NCBI GenBank assembly: GCA_004431415.1
Contig: QPMI01000211.1
Coordinates: 1 to 42,909, forward strand
DNA: 42,909 bases
Source: Cyanophora paradoxa CCMP329
Taxonomy: Eukaryota > Plantae > Glaucophyta
Reading direction: 5' to 3'
The notes beneath the pieces were generated by a model. The model ran no database searches and had not been told where the DNA came from. It worked only from the letters and a program-made list of their open reading frames with translations. Of this stretch, positions 11,501-21,323 are shown in pieces (position 1 is the first letter of the stretch; each line of letters opens with the position of its first letter). The position numbers were made by a program, and so were the translations under genes.

Positions 11501-14436
11501 TATTTTTCTCAGTCTTGACATTAACAGCGCAAATCAGCGCAACCATATTCTTCAATTTCAACAGTTTTTTGTCGATGCCAAGTACGATATCAAAGTACCT
11601 GACGACCACATTTTCGCATCACCACCGGAAGGTTAGATTGATCGATATTCACTTGCCTTCAAATTCTCATTTTTGCACAGGATGTGGTTTTCTGGTAAAG
11701 CATCGGGAGGGGAAAAAATATACAAAGTCGGACAATATCCGGATTTTTGACGAAGCTTTAATGCCCATCATCTTCTGCCTCTGGAGAGCGATTTGCGAGC
11801 CGAGGCCGTCTGACTTCTCGAATTGTTATCCCGGTACAAACCTCGAGATTGTCGACTGTAGGTGCTTATGTATTCCATTGTTGGCAGGACTTCGTTCAAG
11901 AATCATACTCGTTATCAAGTTTCTTGCACATAAACTTCAGGTATTTGAAATTCTTCTACAATCACAGGAACCTTACAAACTTTAACAATCACAGGAACCT
12001 TACACGGATCATGTTGCCCAAAAGTATCTGAACTACCGACTCTGGCTATGGCGAAAAGACAAGCGGTCTTCGCTCGCACTTTTAGACGTAAGCCTCTGAA
12101 TATTTTTTCGAAGATGTCATCGGTTGAGATCATTAAATACTTCTGAACAATATTTCAAGGAGTCATCCGGTGAGATCATTGGCTACGACTCCCCGCAACA
12201 CCGGAAGTACTTGGTGAAGAAAAAAACCAATATCGATGCAAAGACTAAGGATCTCACCCGGACCGTACATGCTGCCGATTGGCGTTCGTTTTTGCATTTT
12301 GATTACTTCGAATTCATTTGGACTCTGACAACATTTTTGCAGTGACGCCGTTTCTCAAATCAGATGGCGCTGTTCAGATGTGGGATGGAGAATGCGAATC
12401 GAAAAGTGTCGACAAGGACGCGAGCAGACCTCTTTTGCCATTTGGCGCATTGGTTAACCTTTATTATCCAAGAACTGACTCAACTGGCAATGTCACGAAA
12501 GAGTTTGTTGCCGCTGGGATGTACACTGGTCGAGTGAACATCGAGCTTCTTGTCAAGAAACATGGCATCATCTTGCCAAAGGTTTGATCGTTGTTTGCTT
12601 TTTATAACTTCTAACTGTTCTTTCAGGACAGTCATGGAGTCTCCGTTGAACATCTGGTCGTTGTTATGACGGCGAGACGCATTGGTATGAAAGTTCCATG
12701 GCATTTTCAGGATCTTAGAGTCTCGTCTGTCCAGCAAACGAATGCGGTATGCCTTCAATTTCAGCGAATGACTTCAATTTTTTTCAAATCCAACTTATAT
12801 TGCAGCCCAATATGGAAAGCATCTCGGGACGGTTCAAATCAATCTTCTGGAGAGCTGACCTGATCGAAGAGACTCCTGTGCATGACGAACCAAGCGTCAA
12901 CGAACCGTCCATGTCGCTCGTTGAACACGATCCAGTGCGTGCAAGTGAAAAATGATCAGTCAAACATTTGATTGCTCGCAGTTCGCAGCAATTCCACATA
13001 AGCGCCAAAGAAGACCACGCGTGAGACCGCCGAAGGCCGAAAAGGGCGAAGATTCCGATCAAAACGCGATTGACGATGACGATGACAAAATATCCAAACA
13101 GAGCCTTGAACCAGCGACGAGAGGATACAAACGTCCTGGGTCGTCGAGCAATGGTTCAGATGAAAGGTACGCTTTAAATGTCACAAGAAAGATTTGTCGT
13201 TTGTTATTTACTCTCCAAAGAACGACTGGCGCGAAGAAGCAACGAGCAGTTCAACTCCAGCATTCCAAGGTCTGTTTGTGATGATTTTACCATTCTTTGT
13301 GACGCCGGCCATGAAATGCGCAGGTTGCGGTTGTGATTAAGCCAAAATCTCAAAGGTATTTATCTCAATGCCAACAACTTCGTGACGAAATGGTGTTAAG
13401 GTCAAGACCTGATGTGCCCGAGTCCAAGCGTGTAAGTATTCCCGTGTAAGTCCAAGACCTGAACGCTTATGTGTTTTCAGGTCAAACGTGTTTTGATCAA
13501 GCTTCCGCTTCAATCTGTTGCTCGACGAATCAAAGCAGACAAGCGCAAGCTGGGTGAACCTCCTTGTTTCAGAGAGGTGGAAATGGATGAGTACGACGGC
13601 TGGAATCGCTTCAATTTATTGCGGAGATCCGCTCAGCGCGACGAAAGCGAATATAACTGGGAGATGACTGAAACTGGCGAACTCGTTGTTGTTGGTGTTG
13701 GTTTTGTTATTCCTGAACCCAAGAGTGGGAAGCGTGCGTTAGACTTCGCCTCAGACGTGCGTTAGACTTCGCCTTAACATTAAATTCGCAGTGATTTACG
13801 AGCATCGACTTCCTGCGGTTAACAAGGTCGAGAAAATTCGGACTTGGTCGACTTTTGTTATAACTGAGATCAACAAATTCATCAAAGGCGCAATTCTTGA
13901 TTCTGCGTTCATGTACGCGGTAATGTTTCTTTATCAGTGTGATAGTTCCTTACGATTTGCACAGGTCACATGTTGTCAAAGAACATCAGCTCAACGCTCT
14001 TAGTCGAGAGAGCTGTAAATTTCTCCCGCACGCCTTGTTCGACCACATATCTGACGACATTTCCAAAAATGTGAGTAAATGTGATTTTTAATTATGATAT
14101 GAAAATTTGACGTCATTTGTTTTTTCGCAGTACACCCTTCCTGCCATTTTTTTAGAAGATTATCCAGAAGAGAACACATGGCAAGATCATACGGATATTT
14201 TTGTCGATTCCTCACACACCTCCTCACACACCACCGCTCCCCTCATGAAGCCAAACGGTTCGCAACAATGCGCAGGCGGTTCACCCGGTTTTGTAAATGT
14301 CAGTTTTCCCAGGGAACACGCAAGCAGATCGTTCTGGCGTTCAAGGTGTGACCGTCTTCAAATCTCTTTAATGTATCGATATTTTCGACAGAAGCTAACG
14401 ACGGAGTCAATGGACACGACATTTTATCGACTTTAG
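8500..14436 (+). pseudogene. Very long multi-exon gene (or genes) of the transposon containing a TnpA/ORF2-like domain; partly degenerate
   Basis: Series of short AT-rich GT-AG introns linking protein-like exons (e.g. ..KWRE/DLGTKVQEC.. across ~8810-8869). In-frame stops near 10548 and 12953, and small tandem duplications near 11958 and 13734. Confidence 0.5.
12343..12870 (+). CDS. Tnp1/En/Spm-like (TnpA C-terminal, Transposase_23-like) domain, three exons
   Basis: Phase-0 introns 12582-12626 (CTAAC branch) and 12747-12805 give VNLYYP..EFVAAG..KHGIILPK/DSHGVSVEHLV..KVPW../PNMESISGRFKSIFWRADLIEE. This matches, from memory, the VAxG..HGxxLP..VxV..LP..IxW pattern of CACTA ORF2 domains. Confidence 0.55.
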
Positions 14437-14577
14437 ATGAACTGGAGGATAACGCTCAAATTTCTTGACACAAACTGTAGTAACAGTTTCTAGTGTCAAC
14501 AATTATATTTTTCGTTTTAACACCTCCACTCGCCTTCTGATTCTCGCAGGTTGTCGAGCGCGGGCTGAAACGTGGCC

Positions 14578-14663
14578 GGGGGTGGGGGTGGGGGGGGGGG
14601 GGGGGGGCGGGGGCGGGGCGGGCGGGGGGGGGGGGGGGGGGGGGCTTGGGGCGGGGGGAGGGG
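14578..14663 (+). repeat. Poly-G tract (G-quadruplex-prone)
   Basis: ~86 nt almost entirely G, followed by CCAAGAAC repeats and strand-skewed low-complexity DNA. Confidence 0.9.
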
Positions 14664-15116
14664 ACTTACACCCCAGCACCATCGTTCAAGACATCCACCA
14701 AGACATCCCCAGACACAAGAACCCAAGAACCCAAGAACCCAAGATACTTATTCTTCATACTTCATACTCATTCTTCTAGATACACACACATACTACTCTC
14801 CACTTTTCCAAGTACCAGTACCTTCTACTCTTCTACTCTCTTCTACTACACACCTACTCTTCCATCCAGTCCCAAGTACCCAAGTGCAAGACATATAGAC
14901 ATCCACCAAGCTTGGAGAGGGGGACGGGCTAAGTGGGCACTGGTGGAGGGGGAGGGGACTTCGTTTCCCCTGTTTTTCAGTTATTATTCTCTTTCAAGAA
15001 TTTGTTTCGCGCACCCTTTTTAGATTAAAACCCAAGATACTCATTCTTCATACTTCATACTCATTCTTAGACTTCCATTTACTCTTCCACACACACTCAA
15101 GGCCAACCAACCTCAT

Positions 15117-16076
15117 AGCTCCATAGTTCAAGACGTCCACCAGTGCGAGGCACAAGAACCCAAGCTTGATACTCATTCTTCATACTTCATACTCATACTC
15201 CTCTAAGAAATCATCGCGCCTCACGGTTCGTGCGCGTCCAGCGTACCCCACATCCCCAGCTTCCTTTTCAACAACTGGATCATGTTTTATATTGTCCTCT
15301 TTCTCAGATTTCCCAACGAAATCGACGTCTCCGCAAGTCCCTTTGTTCATACGGCTTTCGAAGTTTGCGGAACACGGACCGGTACCTTTCCCAACCGACG
15401 GGCCACTCAAGGCACCACATGAGACCAACAAAACGTGCAATCAAGGCCAACCGACCTCATAGAACAAGATCCACACACACCCCAGCTCCATAGTTCAAGA
15501 CGTCCACCAGTGCAAGACACAAGAACCCAAGCTTGATACTCATTCTTCATACTTCATACTCATACTCCTCTAAGAAATCATCGCGCCCCACGGTTCGTGC
15601 GCGTCCAGCGTACCCCACATCCCCAGCTTCCTTTTCAACAACTGGATCATGTTTTATATTGTCCTCTTTCTCAGATTTCCCAACGAAATCGACGTCTCCG
15701 CAAGTCCCTTTGTTCATACGGCTTTCGAAGTTTGCGGAACACGGACCTTTCCCAACCGACGGGCCACTCAAGGCACCACATGAGACCAACAAAACGTGCA
15801 ATCAAGGCCAACCGACCTCATAGAACAAGATCCACACACACCCCAGCTCCATAGTTCAAGACGTCCACCAGTGCAAGACACAAGAACCCAAGCTTGATAC
15901 TCATTCTTCATACTTCATACTCATACTCCTCTAAGAAATCATCGCGCCTCACGGTTCGTGCGCGTCCAGCGTACCCCACATCCCCAGCTTCCTTTTCAAC
16001 AACTGGATCATGTTTTATATTGTCCTCTTTCTCAGATTTCCCAACGAAATCGACGTCTCCGCAAGTCCCTTTGTTC
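15117..16076. repeat. Tandem repeat with 367/361-bp unit, ~2.6 near-identical copies
   Basis: AGCTCCATAGTTCAAGACGTCC starts at 15117, 15484, 15845. Copy 1 has a 6-nt insertion; copy 3 is truncated at 16076. Degenerate partial copies near 14683 and 15030. Confidence 0.95.
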
Positions 16077-16090
16077 GTCCGGCTCGAGCT

Positions 16091-16181
16091 CAACCTCGAG
16101 CCTTTCCAAGCTGCTCATGGTTCGAGCCTTTCCAACCTCGAGCCTTACCAAGCTGCTCATGGTTCGAGCCTTTCCAAGCTG
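16091..16181. repeat. 42-bp tandem repeat, ~2.2 copies, built from a TCGAGCCTTTCCAA submotif
   Basis: CAACCTCGAG at 16091 and 16133; the submotif occurs four times. Confidence 0.9.
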
Positions 16182-16530
16182 TTTTTATAATTTCGTTAAA
16201 TGTGCTTCTCATTCGCAGAATGATTGCACCAATCCGTCAACTTCTGGAGAGTTCGCCAATGCGTTCAACAAAGTCCGCAGTTCCAGCCAGTGCCAACAAG
16301 CTCAAGGTTCGAGGTGCGGGACACATTCGTCTCTTCTTCGGGACCTGCCTTATCCTTTCCCAGATAAATATATATGCATTATAGCTAGATATACGCAGGA
16401 GGTATTCTGTGCGACAGCTTTTTCTAGTCAAACTTATTCAGCTACATGTGTGATGGAATTTAAACATTAAATCAAATAGCCACACGCCGCTGGGATGAAA
16501 AGAACGAGTGGGCCAGTTGGCAACGTTCGC

Positions 16531-16722
16531 TATTACACCGACCCCTATTACACCGACCCCTATTACACCGACCCCTATTACACCGACCCCTATTACACCG
16601 ACCCCTATTACACCGACCTGGTCGGAGTAATCGCCCGTGGGAAAACACCGACCTTGTCGGTGTACTAAAGGTCGGCGAAGCACTATTACTCAGTCGGCGT
16701 ACCAGCACATGATCTCCCAGTG
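16531..16722. repeat. Subterminal repeats and putative right terminus (CAGTG) of the En/Spm-like element
   Basis: TATTACACCGACCCC x6 (16531-16618), direct ACACCGACC at 16645, inverted copies at ~16620, 16656, 16670, 16692. Hairpins ATTAC-A-CCGACC-T-GGTCGG-A-GTAAT and ACACCGAC-CTT-GTCGGTGT. Confidence 0.75.
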
Positions 16723-19700
16723 AGAGCTGCCTTGACTCACTGTGGTCACTGAGACAGGCTCCACATGAGAAGGAAAAGTCACTGAGTGATGTATGACTCT
16801 GTGACTTCTTAAAAAAAGTAGCGGCAGCCGCTGCCCTTGCCAGTGAGCTTGGAAGTATGAAGTGGGAAGATCTGCCACAGAGTGGAGTTTTGTGGCTGAA
16901 ATTGGGTATCCGGCAGTTCCATCAATGGAAAGTCCCTTTTTTTCCCTTTTTCTTCCTGAAGTACTGTGACTGTTCAGTGCCGATTCAGAAACTGTTTGAT
17001 TCTTGGCAAACAAGAAATAATGAACATGTTCGCAGGTTGATGAAAAAGCATATGCCATATTCGCACTGCACTGTACAGTGTGATTTCAGAACATTCAGAA
17101 ATGGTTGGACTCCTCACAACCAACATACAATAAACAAAACAAAAAATAAACACCAACACAAGCAAAAACAAGCATATCTGATCTATGGAAAGTCCCTTTT
17201 TTTCCTTTTTTCTTCCTGAGAGAGAGATGAAGCAAAAGACACGCCCGTGGACCAGGAAGCAAAAAAAAAACATCTTGGCATGTACATCAAAAAGAAAAAC
17301 AAATGTTCCACAATGTTCAAACAACAAAACATGACAAAAACAAACAGAACAAACAGCACCACAACACATGCACAACACACAGAACAGAAACTTGCCAAAT
17401 TAAAAATGAAGAGCTTGTACTTGCATTGTTTGTTTCATAAAACAAACAACATTCTTTTCTAGATGGTATCTGTGTTTTGATCATAATGTGTGCATTATTC
17501 ATCATAACATCGCTGCATGCATAAAATATTTTTGCATGTTGCATGTATTGTATTATTGGCGTTGTTGGCCCGCTCTGCTGTGCTGTGGCTGCCCAGCTGT
17601 GCTCCCAGCCCGTGCGCTACACGCGAGATTGCCCCGAGGGGTGGTGGGGCTGTATTGGGAGCCGTGGTGCGGTCCCGGAGGGTACAGCGAGACTACTGAC
17701 TGGGGTACATGGTATGAGTGGCTCGACTCAGTGGAAACCAGGCTGGCAACATCTCCCTCACTGGTACGACCACGTCCACGTGGTCCACATCGGAACGGCA
17801 ACGACTACGCCCGCGTGGTCGGGGCCGGGACGGAAAACGCCTAGGCCTGGCAATGAACCAAGGGCCAGAAGGGGTACAACTCTCAAAGGCCGTCCGAAAG
17901 ATCGAGGGGTACGCCGAGGGAACGAGGGGTACAGGGATCTCCCTCACTGGTAAGGCGAAAGCTACCGAGGGGGGATCTCCCTCACTGGTAAGGATGAAGC
18001 CACTACGGAACTGCACGAGAAAGGACAGGGATGAGAAAGAACCCGCTATCCAGGGCAGCAGCGAGGCGCGAGGTCTGAAGAGGCCAAGCCACTGATGGGA
18101 CCCTGGGGGCCATACAGAGAGGCACCGGCACTTGCATCCCACAGCAAGAGACCAGGCAGAAAACCACCACCCAACGGGAAAGGAAATGGGAAGACTCAAA
18201 AGAGGAATGGAGAACGGCAAAGGATGCAAGGGGGCAGGGCCCGGGGGACATCGACGTCGGGGTACAGCACGTCAGCGACGGGGAGGGGCGGCTCGGGCAA
18301 TCACGGCCATCGTAAAGACGGGTGTGACGCGCGGCACGCAAGGTAAGTCTGGTCATCTTGAAGCCTCGATTGCGAGTGGCCGCATCTGAGCAAGACAGCA
18401 AGAGGGATCGGTCAGAGCCATCCTTCCGCAGGGGCCATCACTCAGGCGGGAGGCTAGCAGCTCGGGACCGGCGAGGCAACTCTCTTTGGGGCTCCAACGG
18501 GCCATGGCAGGCTATGCGACTCATCGGATACATCATCCGGGATTGGAAGGGGCAACGCCGCATCGGATACATCATCCGTGGGCCATCGGACAGCGATAAG
18601 GGTCACGACTGAACGGCGCGGGGGCCGGACTCCCAGTCGGTTGCGACAGACTCTCAGTCGGAAGCAAGATAGACTCTCAAAGCTCATAGACTCTCAAGGC
18701 GACTGGCATGGGTAGCCGAGTCGCGGGACACGCATAGATGGTTCCCTTCTAAGAGCGACTCTCGGGGGGCGAGCTGCTAATGCGACGGAAAGAATGAGAG
18801 AGAGCGTATCTTCAGCGTGAAGATGTAGCTTGGTCGCCGCCTCCAGTCCGTACGCGCAGGTCCGGGCGATCGCGGCCAAGCCTTTGAAGTGCGCGCCGGT
18901 CTGGTTGGGCGGACTCCCGGGACGCGCAGCACTCGCAGACAGCGCTCGCCTTTGGCGCCCTTGCTCACGCGCGCGGAGCGCGGCGTGTTGAGTCGCTGAG
19001 GTACGCAAGCCGAGGCTCATGCCGGAATCACCCGGCCTCCGATGCGCGATGGCGCTGATCGACGTGGAAAGAACACCAGCTCTCGATCAGGCCGCACGGA
19101 TTACGCTGGAATCACCCAGCTGCCAAGGCTGCTGCAGGCGGCACGGGAATCACCCGACGGTCCGACGCGGTCCAGCGCGCGAGCGAGGGCCGGTCGCGGG
19201 CATCACCCGGTGCTGCTGCTGACGAGCACATCGCTACGGTCGCGGTTGGGATCGCCGTCTTCTTCTCCTCCCTCCGCTTTGAAGATTCGGCCTCCGTGCC
19301 GATCGTCCCTCCTTCTCGTAGTCCAGCGATCGCGCGCACTCTCCACCATGTAGAATCCACGGACTCTCCACCGGCGCATCGACGTCCGCAGCGTCCGTCG
19401 ACGGGGCCAGCGGCTGTCGCGGCGAGGGTATTATTGGCGTTGTTGGCCCGCTCTGCTGTGCTGTGGCTGCCCAGCTGTGCTCCCAGCCCGTGCGCTACAC
19501 GCGAGATTGCCCCGAGGGGTGGTGGGGCTGTATTGGGAGCCGTGGTGCGGTCCCGGAGGGTACAGCGAGACTACTGACTGGGGTACATGGTATGAGTGGC
19601 TCGACTCAGTGGAAACCAGGCTGGCAACAATTGCAGCAGTGATATACTGTCCAAGTCCCTGTACATGTAGCCCTGTACCCCTGTAGCTCAGTCTGCCTGT

Positions 19701-20440
19701 ACCCCCAAGACACCACCTTGCCAGCTATCTAGCCTGGCAATACATGCATGAAATGCAATAATCAATGATTGATCCATTCTTGATCAATTCTTGATCACCT
19801 CTTGTACAACCTTGCCAGGTTGTTTTTGTCATTCTTGTTTTTGTTTGAAGTTTGTTTGTCAGCTTCTTGCAATTGTTCAGTGCCACAATGTGAACGTTCA
19901 AGCTTCTTGCCCATGTTCCTGCTAAGAATTGCCCTTTCTTTGCCAGCCATGGCCAGAATTTAACACCGAAACTCGATGTTCGATGACAGATCTAGATTAA
20001 AAATGATCAAACCTTTAAAATACATTGCGAAGAAGAAGAAGAGTATGTTTACACTGTGACACATCGCATTGTTTCGTGATCACTTCAGCATTTCTAGATC
20101 TGTTCTGAAATGTTCTCTTCTTCTTGTTCAGTGCTTCAGCTTCATTTTCGTTCTTTGTAATATGATTGAACCACAAGAGATTCATGCATTCAATTTCATT
20201 TCAAACTTCTTGCAATTGTTCAGTACTTTAGCTTTTCTTCTCATTTTCCTGTCTAAGCTAACTTCATTCTCATTCTTAAGCTTTGTTCTAATTGATTAGC
20301 AAAAGAAGAAGAAGAAGAGCCAATAATTATAAGCCAGGCCGGCGCCAGCCATTTCAATATAATATCATAAGAAGAAAAAGAAATCAAACATCCCTAAATA
20401 ACACTGGGGGGGTGCGGGGGGGCGGAGCCCCCCTGCTTGT
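16723..20440. mobile_element. AT-rich, CpG-poor non-coding element, interrupted by the LTR insertion; possible Helitron-like 3' hairpin
   Basis: Flanks rejoin across the ATTG TSD. 39-bp direct repeat at 16921 and 17181. Ends in hairpin GCGGGGGGG-CGGAG-CCCCCCTGC (20414-20436) followed by TTGT. Confidence 0.35.
17551..19629 (-). mobile_element. Non-autonomous LTR retroelement (TRIM/LARD-like), recent insertion
   Basis: Apparently identical 201-bp direct repeats 17551-17751 and 19429-19629. ATTG duplicated at 17547-17550 and 19630-19633. Minus-strand PPT-like AGTGAGGGAGA directly before TGTTG of the left LTR. No gag/pol ORF. Confidence 0.85.
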
Positions 20441-20445
20441 GAAGC

Positions 20446-21120
20446 TTGAGATAATCGGATTCAACCCCCGGGGCCCGTCCCGGATCGAAGGGTCTCGCCC
20501 AAAGCCCCCGGGGACCGGGGGAGCTCAGTGGTCACGTGCCCCGTGGGACGATGGGGTCAGCCCCTCAGGGCCGGGGTAACGGTCCCGCCGCCGGGGCCTG
20601 AGAGCTCGAGGATGTCATGCGGGCGCGCCGCGGCGGTGGCCATGGGCCGACCGTCGGACGTTCAATGCCTCTCCTCGAGCTTCAAGGCTTCGAGGCTCGG
20701 GCCAACCGCGGAGGGCCGGCCCTCATGATCACCTTCCGAAGTTCGATTTCTGATCACGAGGGCCGGAGCCTCGGAAGTTCGGAAGGGTTCCGGCTGGGGG
20801 GCCTTTGAACTAGTACTTGAGACTCGTAAGAAAATTTCGAGTTTTCGATCTTTAGGGTTAGCTATAGGCCTGAGGGTTTGCGCGATTCATCGTGACGTGT
20901 TTCATGAGCAAGTTTCACTGCCCCGGAGTCCGACGGTCACCGGGCCTCGGAGCTCGAGTCGGCTGAGGCCCGGGAGGGGGAGGGGGGCCCGGGAGCTGTA
21001 CATGGCCAGAGCCTTCGAGGCTGCGAGGCTCGGAGGAGACCGCGCGACTCTAGCGCTCACTGAATCAGTGAGCTGGCGTCCAGGAGATTTGCCAAAATAG
21101 TGAATCTGCATTGATCTCAA
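20446..21120. mobile_element. Possible small non-autonomous TIR element (MITE-like)
   Basis: Imperfect terminal inverted repeats TTGAGATAATCGGATTCA (20446-20463) and TGAATCTGCATTGATCTCAA (21101-21120). Internal hairpins at 20716-20766 and 21055-21073. No TSD identified. Confidence 0.35.
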
Positions 21121-21323
21121 AAGATCGTCCGTCTCACGACTAGGAAGGGCGGGAAGCGATAAGAACTACGAATAAAGAACTACGGCGGCTTGAAAAGCAT
21201 ACACAAGCGACCAAGGAGCGGGTGCTCCGGTCCGAATAGCTCAGAGGATCCTGGAAGGGGCCTACAAGGGAGGGGAGGAGGATGGGGCTGGGGCGGGCTG
21301 GGCGGGGGCGGGGGCGCGGGGGG

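Larger units (their letters stand above)
1..16722. mobile_element. Right arm of a large En/Spm (CACTA/CMC superfamily) DNA transposon; left end outside the window
   Basis: Moderate-GC block unlike the GC-rich host genes. Contains a Tnp1/En/Spm-like domain (12343-12870) and internal tandem arrays. Ends with 11 CCGAC/GTCGG motifs in both orientations followed by CAGTG at 16718-16722 (reverse complement CACTG). No TnpD/DDE transposase recognised in the window. Confidence 0.62.

Noticed and set aside
5290-13000. TGA reassignment or read-through in element genes
   Set aside because: TAA/TAG stops and frameshifts also occur, so ordinary decay is the simpler explanation.
1-14500. Endogenous giant virus or Polinton
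   Set aside because: No capsid, packaging ATPase, DNA polymerase B or integrase motifs recognised. Dense spliceosomal introns, a TnpA-like domain and a CACTG end favour En/Spm, though a virus is not fully excluded.
16438-16708. ORFs with (GVIGV)n or (GRCNR)n repeats
   Set aside because: Translations of the 15-bp subterminal DNA repeat.
20851-20861. Telomere-like TTTAGGGTTAG
   Set aside because: Fewer than two units; expected by chance.
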